A program made the translations under genes and the position numbers. From Chiloscyllium plagiosum (lineage: Eukaryota), in NCBI RefSeq assembly GCF_004010195.1, contig NC_057746.1, positions 6,889,747-6,953,746 on the forward strand: a DNA stretch of 64,000 nt, read 5' to 3'. Position 1 is the first letter of the stretch. Each line of letters starts with the position of its first letter. The notes under the pieces are model-generated. The model did no database searches and was not told where the DNA came from. It saw only the letters and a program-made list of their open reading frames with translations. Below are positions 1-12,304 of this stretch, piece after piece.

Positions 1-2499
1 ACCGCCAGCCCCCTCTCTGAGATCATGGACAGACCAACATCGCAAGACGCAGGGACTCATTTACCATCCAGAGAGTGAGAGAGAGAGAGAGAGTGAGAGA
101 GAGAAAGTGAGAGAGAGAGAGAGTGAGAGAGAGAGACAGAAGAAAGCAGCTCCACAGACCCAGAGACAGAACGACAGCCACTGTGTAAATCTACAAGAGA
201 CTCGAGAAGTGTTGTAAGGCTTAAGGGGCCTAAAGGATTAGAGAGAAGATATTTCGTATTGAAGATTATTGTAACTTGTTTCCGAATCAAGTTGGGACTG
301 TTCTGCATTGGTACCTGCTTGTGTTCACAAACTGGAAACCTGGGCAAATTCATTCAGAAACATTCTGGTCAGAAGTGTCTAACAAGGAATGAGACAACAG
401 TTGGTGTCCCTGGGATAAGTAGTGACCAACAGGTCCTCTGACGTCGGACCCACCAGCCTGGTACGCTGAGCAGTAAGTCAGGACTCAAGGGACTGTGGAT
501 TCAGGCAGCTGAACAGAACTTGGCCTAACAGCCAGAGCGAGCAAACGCACAAGTTGGGAAAGGGTAATGGGGTATCGAGGGTCTCTGAGGAAGTCAGCTC
601 GAGGTTTGGAGGGGGTGGGGGGACAGCTATGTTCCCCTCGGGTGTACACACTGTTAGAGATATATTGAACTCCTTGACAGAACCAAAGGTGTGTTTATTT
701 GAACCCCCCGTTGTCCCCGTTCCAGGAATGCTTGATGGGTTCGGTGCGAGGGAGCTTTATTTTGTTTATTTGCAGTTTCAACGAGTAAGAGAAATTTTCT
801 GCTGAATTTTAACCTGCCGTTGTTCCTGCCGTGGGAGTGTTCGATGGCAGGAACACTCGGAGCTGACTGGATATGATTTTCAGTTTACTTTGGGTTGGAA
901 TGAGTACAAGAAAGTTTCCTCTGTATTTCATTCCTTCCCCAGGAGTGTTCGGTGGGGACAGAGTTGAGGGAAAGTCATTTTTTCCAGAGTTGAAGGAACT
1001 TTGTTTTGAATTGAGGGACCTTTGAGTTCCAAAGAATTGAGGAAATATTTCTGTTTAAAAGGAGTAGAGACATTGGCAGCTGTTGACAGCTCTGAATACT
1101 CTCCTGCTCCAATTGAAATGACTGCTAAGTGTGTTAAAGAGTACCTGGCAGAGACTAGGTCAGAAAGCCAGGGATAGCTGTAATACACAGGTGTGGGAAA
1201 CTCTACAGTCAGGCCACGAGAAGGGGTTAAAGACTTATCTCTGCAAAGTGTTTGAAGGGATCACCATGCTCTAGTTCTAAACATCTAAGACTTTAAGAAG
1301 CTGTAATAAGAATCTAGCTAAAGCTTTACCTTAACCACAGCCACTTCCCAGAATGTAATAACATGGAAGAGACACTGGCAATAATACGCTTGTAAGCAAA
1401 ATGGGACAAGTATCCCCTTGTCCAACGTGGGAGGATACTCTCAGACAATATCTTTTTTGAAAAAAGGCCCAAATACACAGATTTTTGTCGCACCCAGACT
1501 GACCCTGCACCATTGGGTTCCATGACCCAAGACATATGGCTAGAAACGCATAATAAGTTAGGAAAGAAGGCAACTGAGGAAACCACAGCACCAGTAGCAG
1601 CATGTAGCCGAGGAGATTTCTGCAGCTGACCAGCTGAGATTAGATCGCTGCGGAAGTGATGAGAAATCACTAGTATAAATTGGAAAAGTTAAAACTTGTA
1701 ATTAAACAACAGGACCCTAGAATACAGGAAAAAAACCTGATCCGTATGGGACAGTTCCAGTCGCAATTTGAAAGAGACGACCTGAGTAAGAGGAGGACCA
1801 TGGGGGAGCAGGAGACAGCCTCAGTGTACATAGACAAGCTGGAACAACAGTGTAAGGAGCTTCAAGCAGCTGTAAGATTCTCTAACTCTGCAACGCAGAG
1901 CAATGCATGTCAGGCCCCAGTGTGGAACATTCAAAGTGCCAGGAACAAATATAATCTCGAGTGAACCAGGTCTCTGCCCAGAATTGGATAATGTGGGTCT
2001 TTGGGGTCCTACCTCCCCAGGGAGATAACGAGAGACCCCGCACTGACACATCCACATGCAATCCACCTTCAGCCTACAAATGAGGATCCCCACTGTTTCT
2101 CCTGGGCAATGGCAGCTTCAACCTCTACCCCTGACCCCTAGCCAAAACTGGAGCCCACAAATCATGTAGTCACCTCACATCAAACAATTGGAGACTGCAT
2201 TACGTATCCATCACCCATTCCAGCCGCATCACCAAAAAGGGGACACTGTTTGATTCCATCTCTGCCCTAAACACGTTTTTTGGTGAGTGCTACCGACAGT
2301 CAGTTATATACAGACTGGGTGCTGCTAAGCAAAGCAGATTAATCACCATGTGATTAGTCCAACAGGCCACTCTGTCCTTCCCAAGGACCAACAAGTAGGG
2401 AGGAGGAGATCTATGATGAGATGAAGGCGGTGATCCTCACTGCTGTGGGATAGGATAAGGCAGACCCAATGAAGGCGCCATACAAGTGCAGTCGTCAAC
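1..2499 (+). mobile_element. LTR retroelement 5' part: LTR (<1-455), leader and decayed gag-like region
   Basis: 1-465 is a near copy of 5871-6335; LTR ends in CA followed by gccTGG; downstream broken coiled-coil gag-like frames (1680-1964). Confidence 0.55.
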
Positions 2500-3173
2500 N
2501 NNNNNNNNNNNNNNNNNNNNNNNNNNNNNNNNNNNNNNNNNNNNNNNNNNNNNNNNNNNNNNNNNNNNNNNNNNNNNNNNNNNNNNNNNNNNNNNNNNNN
2601 NNNNNNNNNNNNNNNNNNNNNNNNNNNNNNNNNNNNNNNNNNNNNNNNNNNNNNNNNNNNNNNNNNNNNNNNNNNNNNNNNNNNNNNNNNNNNNNNNNNN
2701 NNNNNNNNNNNNNNNNNNNNNNNNNNNNNNNNNNNNNNNNNNNNNNNNNNNNNNNNNNNNNNNNNNNNNNNNNNNNNNNNNNNNNNNNNNNNNNNNNNNN
2801 NNNNNNNNNNNNNNNNNNNNNNNNNNNNNNNNNNNNNNNNNNNNNNNNNNNNNNNNNNNNNNNNNNNNNNNNNNNNNNNNNNNNNNNNNNNNNNNNNNNN
2901 NNNNNNNNNNNNNNNNNNNNNNNNNNNNNNNNNNNNNNNNNNNNNNNNNNNNNNNNNNNNNNNNNNNNNNNNNNNNNNNNNNNNNNNNNNNNNNNNNNNT
3001 ATCTGATCTATTTATTCCTGACACTCCCTGTGTCTGTGTGAACAAAGCTCCACAGTCTCCAATCTGTCCTCCTGCTCTAACACTACACTGTCACATTCCA
3101 GATTTCACATCTTCAAATTCTCCCGTTACTGGACGTTCCCAAGTATCACACTCCCCACTCTCCTCCCACTGGA

Positions 3174-4895
3174 TGTGAGGATATGGGCCTCTGGGAGGTA
3201 GGACAAAATGGATAAAGGACCTACAAAGAATGGCTTCTGCATTGCTAAATTAGATTGCACTGAACTAGACAGAAATAAGAAACCACAGACTGATGTCATT
3301 CCAATAAAAAACAGAAATTACGATTAATTCTAAATTGCAGTTAGAGACAAAATGGTTCCCTGCGCCTACGTGGCTATCTGCAGCTAGTCTCTAAAGGTAC
3401 ACATAAAAAAACTAACCACCCTTTGCAAACTGCGAGTCCTCCTAGAGGAAATACTAAACCACATTTTGCAAGCTGCAAATCTTTGTAAAGGTGACATAAA
3501 TCATTATGACTTAATCAATATCATTGGTTCAACCAACTACCCATGAAGTGATTGGTTATAACTATGTGAACATGCTCCATGTCTGATGATGAATAATGTA
3601 GATAAACCGTATGCAGGCTCTGTAAGGTTGTTGGATTCCTTTGATTGCCAAGAAGTTTTCATACTTCTGGGTGAATCAGAATCTGCCAACCCAGCGCTGG
3701 AACACACAATAAACGATTGTTGGCGTGTTGGACAAAGAGTGTGTTAACTGACCGATCGCGGAACTGGGTGACCCACAGATCATCATTTGGTGCCGTGACT
3801 CAACTCACTACAGACAAACCATCGGCAGCAGTGTAAGTGCCTTGAGTCCTTCACGATTAGGTGTTGAGGAATGGGCCACTCAGATGTGAGTATTTCCTCC
3901 TCCGTTTGGTTTTCCTCTCTCTTGTTTCGGGGTGGGCTCGACTCCTCGCTGATTTTGGTCCTGATCCAACCCGACAAAGTATCAGTCACAGAAATTTACA
4001 TTTTAAGAAGTTTTGACATTGAATACTGGTTTTAGAGTTGTACATCAATTGGAGACTTTGTGGAGGGGAATGTTGAGGAAAAAAGGCCTTAAAGATGATA
4101 AGTTTTGAATTATACGTGGCATTTAAATTGAGACACAAAAAGGTGGTTTGGCTTCCAAAACAGAAGTCCAACGGGACACCGGTCCGTGGTTCAGATTCCG
4201 AAATGGAATACTGATGGGACGCTGACTCTATGATAAACAGATTTGATCTTATTGTGTGATGAGAGTACATAGAACATAGGACAATACAGCGCAAAACAGG
4301 CCCTTCGGCCCTCGATGTTGCGCCAACCTGTGAACTAATCTAAGCCCATCCCCCTACACTATCCCATCATCATCCATGTGCTTATCCAAAGATTGTTTAA
4401 ATCTCCCTAATGTGGCGGGGTTAACTACATTGGCAGGCAGGGCATTCCACGCCCTTACCACTCTCTGAGTAAAGAACCTGCCTCTGACATCTTTCTTAAA
4501 TCTATCACCCCTCAATTTGTAGTTACACCCCTTCGTATAAGCTGATGTCAAGAAATATCACGATATATGGTCATGGTACGGTAAACAGAGATTATACAAA
4601 ATGTGGCTCGGATTCCAAAATGGAATGCTGACGGGACACTGACCCTGTGATTAGTTAGTCATGAAAGAAATTACTGAGAAGTTGTGTTTTTTGTTCATTA
4701 AAGGCAGATTACCTAGGGAAAATCTTGTAATAACTTGGACGAACAGAAATATAAGGTAACATTTGTAGGTCCCAAGGATATACGCACGTAGTTAAAGAAA
4801 ACATAAATCAATATAAATTCGGGAAGAAAATCTTGTGCTTGGATAATAGACCGATTGCAGAACCAAGTGACCTACAGATCATCAGATGCGGACAT
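3174..4895 (+). mobile_element. Endogenous retrovirus-like 5' LTR (3174-3785), tRNA-His PBS and leader, truncated
   Basis: TG...CA termini, AATAAA near 3709, TGGTGCCGTGACTC at 3788-3801 complementary to the tRNA-His 3' end; a CR1 fragment is nested at 4265-4550. Confidence 0.7.
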
Positions 4896-4988
4896 TGACA
4901 CCTCTCCACCCACAGGGCCAGCCCATTCCTACTCACTTTACCCTCTTCATTCTCTAACACAATTCCCCAGTCTCTCCCCACACTTCGG

Positions 4989-5056
4989 CACCCAGGGTCC
5001 CTTCCCACAGCATGTACCTCCCCATTCTCACCCAGGGTCCCTTCCCACAGCATGTA
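4989..5056. repeat. About 40-bp tandem repeat running into a gap (intron after the TM exon)
   Basis: cacccagggtcccttcccacagcatgta occurs twice, 40 bp apart, immediately before the Ns. Confidence 0.7.
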
Positions 5057-5343
5057 NNNNNNNNNNNNNNNNNNNNNNNNNNNNNNNNNNNNNNNNNNNN
5101 NNNNNNNNNNNNNNNNNNNNNNNNNNNNNNNNNNNNNNNNNNNNNNNNNNNNNNNNNNNNNNNNNNNNNNNNNNNNNNNNNNNNNNNNNNNNNNNNNNNN
5201 NNNNNNNNNNNNNNNNNNNNNNNNNNNNNNNNNNNNNNNNNNNNNNNNNNNNNNNNNNNNNNNNNNNNNNNNNNNNNNNNNNNNNNNNNNNNNNNNNNNN
5301 NNNNNNNNNNNNNNNNNNNNNNNNNNNNNNNNNNNNNNNNNNN

Positions 5344-5416
5344 ATGACAGCAACAATTAGCAGGAGAGCAACGACAATACCGATTTTAACCGGGAGCTTG
5401 GAGCTGCTCTTTGGTT
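5344..5416 (-). CDS. UAA: MHC class I heavy chain exon 5 (connecting peptide/transmembrane), cut by an assembly gap
   Basis: ttctcttccag acceptor, then phase-1 (E)PKSSSKLPVKIGIVVALLLIVAV running into Ns; the phase matches the exon 4 donor. Confidence 0.85.
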
Positions 5417-5525
5417 CTGGAAGAGAATTATCCAACAAGAGACAGTCACACATCAGCAATCCAACAGAGTATACACTGGACAGGGACACACTCGCAGCCC
5501 CCTGGCTGCTGAGACACAGACAGAT

Positions 5526-6335
5526 TGTTAACTTGGCCAAACACCAAGGGATGCTGGGTACATAGGCCAAGAAAAAGCTTAAAATCCCAAAGCCACACAC
5601 CAGGCCCAGTGCAGACACAGCAACCAGGTGCTAATGACATCAGTGTAACGTAAAAGGCAAACGGTTTCCTGGACAGACATGTCCCAAACAATTTAAGCCC
5701 CAAACAGAGGGCCCAGACAGAAAGGTACAGAGTCCAGTTACACAAAGACACCAGCAGTAACAAACTATCCAAATGGCTGACAAGGTTTCAAACTATTAAG
5801 GGTGTCTCCCTGATTGACCAGAACAATAGGACATTCCAGAAAACGATCTAAAAGGTATAAAACCAGGGTTCACCTCCAGCCCCCTCTCTCAAATCATGGA
5901 CAGACCATCATAGCAAGATGCAGGGACTCATTTACCATCCAGAGAGTGAGAGAGAGAGAGAGAGAGTGAGAGAGAGAAAGTGAGAGAGAGAGAGAGTGAG
6001 AGAGAGACAGAAGAAAGCAGCTCCACAGACCCAGAGACAGAACGACAGCCACTGTGTAAATCTACAAGAGACTCGAGAAGTGTTGTAAGGCTTAAGGGGC
6101 CTAAAGGATTAGAAAGAAGATATTTTGTATTGAAGATTATTGTAACTTGTTTCCGAAGCAAGTTGGGACTGTTCTGCATTGGTACCTGCTTGTGTTCACA
6201 GACTGGAAACCTGGGCAAATTCATTCCGAACATTCTGGTCAGAAGTGTCTAACAAGGAACGAGACAACAGTTGGTGTCCCTGGGACAAGAAGTGACCAAC
6301 AGGTCCTCTGACGTCGGACCCAACAGCCTGGTACG
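5526..6335 (+). mobile_element. LTR of the same family, in MHC-I intron 4, antisense to the gene
   Basis: TGTT...AACA termini (5526/6325), TATAAAA at 5856, internal (GA)n; followed by only 10 bp of internal sequence. Confidence 0.65.
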
Positions 6336-6449
6336 GTCAGAATTCAGCCAAAATCAGAGTGGTGCTGGAAAAGCACAGCAGGTCAAGTAGCATCTGAGGA
6401 TCAGGAAAATCAATGTTTCAGGCAAATGCCCTTCACCTGGATATCATTT

Positions 6450-9400
6450 TAGCACTGATCCGCCTCCTGCAGAGAGGGACTGGATCCCCACCCTGTGGTC
6501 AGCACTAATCCCCCTCCAGGGGAGAGGGACTGGATCCCCACCCTGTGGTCAGCACTGATCCCCCTCCTGGGGAGAGGGACTGGATCCCCATCCTGTGCTC
6601 AGCACTGATCCCCCTCCTGGGGAGACAGGGACTGGATCCCCACCCTGTGCTCAGCACTGATCCCCCTCCTGGGGAGAGGGGGACTGGATCCCCATCCTGT
6701 GCTCAGCACTGATCCCCGTCCTGGGGAGAGAGGGACTGGATCCCCACTCTGTGCTCAACACTGATCCCCCTCCTGGGGAGACAGAGACTGGATCCCCATC
6801 CTGTGCTCAGCACTGATCCCCCTCCTGGGGAGATAGGGACTGGATCCCCATCCTGTGCTCAGCACTGATCCCCCTCCTGGGGAGAGGGACTGGATCCCCA
6901 TCCTGTGTTAAGCACTGATCCCCCTCCTGGGGAGAGGGACTGGATCCTCATCCTGTGCTCAGCACTGATCCCACTCCTGGGGAGACGGACTGGAACCCCT
7001 CCCTGTGCTCAGCACTGATCCCACTCCTGGGGAGAGGGACTGGATCCCCACCCTGTGCTCAGCACTGATCCCCCTCCTGGGGAGACGGGGACTGGATCCC
7101 CACCCTGTGCTCAGCGCTGATTCCTCTCCTCGGGAGACAGGGACTGGATCCCCACCCTGTGCTCAGCACTGATCCCAATCCTGGGGAGACGGACTGGATC
7201 CCCTCCCTGTGCTCAGCACTGATCCCACTCCTGGGGAGAGGGACTGGATCCCCATCCTGTGCTCAGCACTGATCCCCCTCCTGGCGTGACAGGGACTGGA
7301 TCCCCACCCTGTGCTCAGCACTGATCCCCCTCCTGGGGAGAGAGGGACTGGATCCCCACACTGTGCTCAGCCCTGATCCCCCTCCTGGGGAGATGGACTG
7401 GAATCTAACTCTGTGCTCAGCCCTGATTCCTCTCCTCGGGAGACAGGGACTGGATCCCCACCCTGTGCTCAGCACTGATCCCCCTCCTGGGGAAACAGGG
7501 ACTGGATCCCCACCCTGAGCTCAGCACTGATCCCCCTCCTGGGGAGACAGGGACTGGATCCCCACCCTGTGCTCAGCACTGACGCCCACCTGGGGAGAGA
7601 GGGACTAGATCCCCACCCTGTGCTCAGCACTGATCCCCCTCCTGGGGAGAGGGGGACTGGATCCCCACCCTGTGCTCAGCACTGATCCCTCTCTTGGGGA
7701 GAGGGACTGGATCCCCACTCTGTGCTCAGCACAGATCCCTCTCCTGGGGAGAGAGACTGGATCCCCACCCTGTGCTCAGCGCTGATTCCTCTCCTCGGGA
7801 GACAGGGACTGGATCACCACCCTGTGCTCAGCACTGATCCCCCTCCTGGGGAGACAGGAACTGAATCCCCACTCTGTGATCAGCACTGATCCCTGTCCGG
7901 GGGAAAGAGGGACTGGATCCGCATCCTGTGCTCAGCACTGATTCCCCTCCTGGGGAGAGGGACTGGATCCCCATCCTGTGCTCAGCACTAATCCCTGTCC
8001 GGGGGAGAGAGGGACTGGATCTGCATCCTGTGCTCAGTACTGATCCCTCTCCTGGGGAGAGAGACTGGATCCTCACCTTGTGCTCAGCACTGATCCCCCT
8101 CCTGCGGAGAGGGACTGGATCCTCATCCTGTGCTCAGCATTGATCCCTCTCCTGGGGGGAGTGACTGGATCCCCATCCTGTGCTCAGCACTGATCCTCTA
8201 CCTGGGGAGAGGGCCTGGATCCCCACCCTGTGATCAGCACTGATCCCTCTCCTGGGGAGAGAGACTGGATCCTCACCTTGTGCTCAGCACTGATTCCCCT
8301 CCTCGGGAGACAGGGACTGGATCACCACCCTGTGCTCAGATCTGATCCCTCTCCTGGGGAGAGGTACTGGATCCCAACCCTGTGATCAACACTGATCCCC
8401 CTCCTGGGGTGACAGGGACTGGATCCCCACCCTGTGCTCAGCACTGATCCCTCTCCTGGGGATAGGGACTGGATCCTCATCCTGTTCTCAGCACTGATCC
8501 CCCTCCTGGGAAGAGGGACTGGATCCCCACCCTGTGCTCAGCACTGATCCCCCACCTGGGGAGAGGGACTGGATCCCCATCCTGTGCTCAGCACTGATCC
8601 TCCTCTTGCGGAGAGGGGGACTGGATCCCCATCCTGTGCTCAGCACTGATCCCCCTCCTGGGAAGAGGGACTGGATCCTCATCCTGTGCTCAGCACTGAT
8701 CCCCCTCCTGGGGATAGGGACTGGATCCTCATCCTGTTCTCAGCACTGATCCCCCTCCTGGGAAGAGGGACTGGATCCCCACCCTGTGCTCAGCACTGAT
8801 CCCCCTCCTGGGGATAGGGACTGGATCGCCATCCTGTGCTCAGCACTGATCCCTGTCCTGGGAAGAGGGACTGGATCCCCATCCTGTGCTCAGCACTGAT
8901 CCCCCTTCTGGGGAGACAGGGACTGGATCCCCATTCTGTGCTCAGTACTGATCCCCCTCCTGGGGGGAGGGCCTGGATTCCCACCCTGTGCTCAGCACTG
9001 ATCCCTGTCCTGGATCCCCACCCTCTGCTCAGCACTGATCCCTCTCCTGGGGAGAGAGGGCCTGGATCCTGACCTTCTGCTCAGCACTGATCCCCCTTCT
9101 GGGGTGATGGACTGGAATCCCACTCTGTGCTCAGCCCTGATTCCTCTCCTCGGGAGAGAGGGACTGGATCCCCACCCTGTACTCAGAACTGATCCCTCTC
9201 CTGGGGATAGGGACTGGATCCTCAGGCTGTGCTCAGCACTGATCCGGGCACAGGCCCTTCTTAACCCTAACCCTAACCCTGTGCCCGAAACGTCGAATCT
9301 CCTGTTCCCTGGATGCTGCCTGACCTGCTGTGCTGTTCCAGCAATAAAGTTTCAACTTTGATCTCCAGCATCTGCAGACCTCACTTTCTCCTCAGCACTG

Positions 9401-11570
9401 ATCCCCCTCCTGGGGATAGGGACTGGATCCCCATCCTGTGCTCAGCACTGATCCCCCTCCTGGGGAGACAGGGACTGGATCCCCACCCTGAGCTCAGCAC
9501 TGACGCCCTCTTGGGGAGAGAGGGACTGGATCCCCACCCTGAGCTCAGCACTGTTCCCCCTCCTGGGGATAGGGACTGGATCCTCACCCTGTGCTCAGCA
9601 CTGATCCCACTCCTGGGGTGAGTGGGACTGGATCCCCACCCTGTGCTCAGCACTGATCCCCCTCCTGGGGAGAGGGCCTGGATCCCCACCCTGTGCTCAG
9701 CACTGATCCCTCACTTGGGGAGAGGGACTGGATCCCCACCCTGAGCTCAGCACCGATCCCCCTCCTGGGGAGAGAGGGACTGGATCCCCACCCTGTGCTC
9801 AGCACTGATCCCCCTCTTGGGGAAATGGACTGGAATCCCACTATATGCTCAGCGCTGATTCCTCTCCTCGGGAGACAGGGAATGGATCACCACCCTGTGC
9901 TCAGCTCTGATCCCTGTCCGGGGGAGAAGGGGACTGGATCCCCACCCTGAGCTCATCACTGATCCCCCTCCTGGGGAGACAGGGACTGGATCCCCACCCT
10001 GACCTCAGCACTGATCCCCCTCCTGGGGAGACAGGGACTGGATCCCCACCCTGAGCTCATCACTGATCCCCCTCCTGGGGATACAGGGACTGGATCCCCA
10101 CCCTGAGCTCAGCACTGATCTCCCTCCTGGGGAGACAGGGACAGGTTCCCCACCCTGTGCTCAGCACTGACGCCCTCCTGGGGAGAGAGGGACTGGATCC
10201 CCACCCTGTGCTCAGCACTGATCCCCTTCCTGGGGATAGGGACTGGATCCTCATCCTGTGCTCAGCACTGATCACCCTCCTGGGGATAGGGACTGGATCC
10301 CCACCCTGTGCTCAGCACTGATCCACCTCCTGGGGAGACAGGGACTGGATCCCCACCCTGAACTCAGCACTGATCCCCCTCCTGGGGAGACAGGGACTGG
10401 ATCCTCACCCTGAACTCAGCACTGATCCCCGTCCTGGGGAGAGGGGGACTGGATCCCCACCCTGTGCTCAGCACTGATCCCTCTCTTGGGGAGAGGGACT
10501 GGATCCTCACACTGTGCTCAGCACTGATCCCTCTCCTGGGGAGAGAAACTGGATCCTCACCTTGTGCTCAGCACTGATCCCCCTCCTGGGGAGATGGACT
10601 GGAATCCCACTCTGTGCTCAGCGCTGATTCCTCTCCTCGGGAGACAGGGACTGGGTCACCACCCTGTGCTCAGAACTGATCCTCCTCCTGGGGAGACAGG
10701 GACTGGATCCCAAACCTGTGATCAGCACTGATCCCCCTCCTGGGGTGACAGGGACTGGATCCCCGCACTGTGCTCAGCACTGGTCCCTCACTGGGGGAAA
10801 GAGGGACAGGATCCCCACCCTGTCGTCAGCACTGATCCCCCTCCTGGGGAGAGGGACTGGATCCCCACCCTGTGCTCAGCACTGATCCCTCTCTGGGGAG
10901 ACAGTGACTGGATCCCCACCCTGTGCTCAGCACTGATCCCCCTCCTGGGGAGAGAGGGACTGGATCCTCACCCTGTGCTCAGCACTGATCCCCCTCCTGG
11001 GGAGACAGGGACTGGATCCCCACTCTGTGCTCAGCACTGATCCTGCTCCTGGGGAGAGAGACTGGATCCGCACCCTGTGCTCAGCACTGATCCCCATCCT
11101 GGAGAGAGAGGTACTGGATCCTCACCCTGTGCTCAGCACTGAACCCCGCCTGGGGAGAGGTACTGAATCCTCACCCTGTGCTCAGCACTGTTCCCCCTCC
11201 TGGGGAGAGAGACAGGATCACCACCCTGTGCTCAGCACTGATCCCTTTCCTGGTGAGAGTGGCACTGGATCCCCACCCTGTTCTCAGCACTGATCCCTGT
11301 CCTGGTGGGAGGGGGACTGGATCCCCACCCTGTGCTCAGCACTGATCCCCATCCTGGAGAGAGAGGGACTGGATCCTCATTCTGTGCTCAGCACTGAACC
11401 CCTCCTGGGGAGAGGTACTGGATCCTCACCCTGTGCTCAGCACCGATCCCCCTCCTGGGGAGAGAGGGACTGGATCCCCACCCTGTGCTCACTGGGGAGA
11501 GAGGGACTGGATCCCCACCCTGTGCTCAGCACCGATCCCCCTCCTGGGGAGAGAGAGACTGGACCCTGAC
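6450..11570. repeat. About 50-52 bp GC-rich minisatellite, roughly 100 copies, in MHC-I intron 4
   Basis: Unit cctgtgctcagcactgatccccctcctggggaga(ca)gggactggatccccac repeated continuously over 5.1 kb. Confidence 0.97.
9246..9390 (+). mobile_element. Short hammerhead-type Penelope-related insertion containing (TAACCC)3
   Basis: Interrupts the minisatellite with TSD ctcagcactgatcc (9232-45/9391-404); carries gcccGAAACGTC and the family tail ...ctccagcatctgcagacctcactttct. Confidence 0.8.
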
Positions 11571-11590
11571 TCACTGAGGAAAATCCTTAC

Positions 11591-11854
11591 CATAAAAGAC
11601 GACCAGCTTCTGCCCCAATCCATTGTGTTCCACCTCGCAGGAATACTTGGCCTGGGAATGTGGGTCAAACTCCATCCGTTTGCTGATCTGGTAGGATCCA
11701 TCGTGATTGGGTCGGATTCCAGTCGATTGTAATTCATCAATCTTCACTCCATCCCGGAACAGATTCACTTCAATGGCCTGAGGGTAGAAGCCAGTGGCGA
11801 AACAGGAGAGATCTTTATTTTCCCTCACAGGGGTCAGTGTTACAGAGGGTTTAA
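11591..11854 (-). CDS. UAA: MHC class I heavy chain exon 4 (alpha3, C1-set Ig domain)
   Basis: VKPSVTLTPVRENKDLSCFATGFYPQAIEV...PNHDGSYQI...YSCEVEHNGLGQKLVVFY; 264 bp; (TC)n-cag acceptor and gtaagg donor. Confidence 0.95.
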
Positions 11855-12011
11855 CTGGGAGAGAGAGAGAGTGAGAGAGAGAGAGAGTGAGGGAGAGAGA
11901 GGTTAGACAGGGACACAGAGACTCTCAACCCCTCACCCCCACTCACCATCCCTCCTCACCCACCCCATCCCTTCCTCCTCCCGCTCGACCTCTCTCTCTC
12001 TATCTGATTAC

Positions 12012-12284
12012 CTGGTTTCAGTTCTTTCTCTCCATACTGAAGGTATTTTTTCAGCCATTCAATACACTCCTGCTCCAGGTAACCCTTCTTCTGTTTGTTT
12101 AATCCTGAGTCCTTGTCCCATTTATTTTTGGTGCTCTCCCCCCAGCTTACAGGGGTCACCCACACCATCCTGTCCTTGTCAAAGCTGATGAAATCCCGTC
12201 CATCCCAGCCGTGCTGATGAAACCCGCTGATGGGGACATTATCTTGGAGCTCACAGCCGTATACCAGCTGGTAGGTGTGGATCC
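12012..12284 (-). CDS. UAA: MHC class I heavy chain exon 3 (alpha2)
   Basis: GIHTYQLVYGCELQDNVPISGFHQHGWDGRDFISFDKDRMVWVTPVSWGESTKNKWDKDSGLNKQKKGYLEQECIEWLKKYLQYGEKELKP; 273 bp; cag/gtaat splice sites; both Cys plus T143, K146, W147, Y159 and Y171 present. Confidence 0.95.
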
Positions 12285-12304
12285 CTGTGGATCACAGAGA
12301 GAGA

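Noticed and set aside
4931-4955. Possible small cytoplasmic exon (ENEEGK followed by gtgagt) on the minus strand
   Set aside because: No polypyrimidine acceptor and no resemblance I can support to class I tail sequences.
1-6335. A single provirus that captured the MHC TM exon between two LTRs
   Set aside because: Both LTRs are followed by the same post-LTR sequence, no PPT precedes 5526, and two gaps intervene; two separate insertions or a duplication is more likely.
6450-11570. Regularly repeated array and its many short ORFs resembling a CRISPR or coding repeat
   Set aside because: Head-to-tail units without unique spacers, in a vertebrate intron; frames shift with 50/52-bp units.
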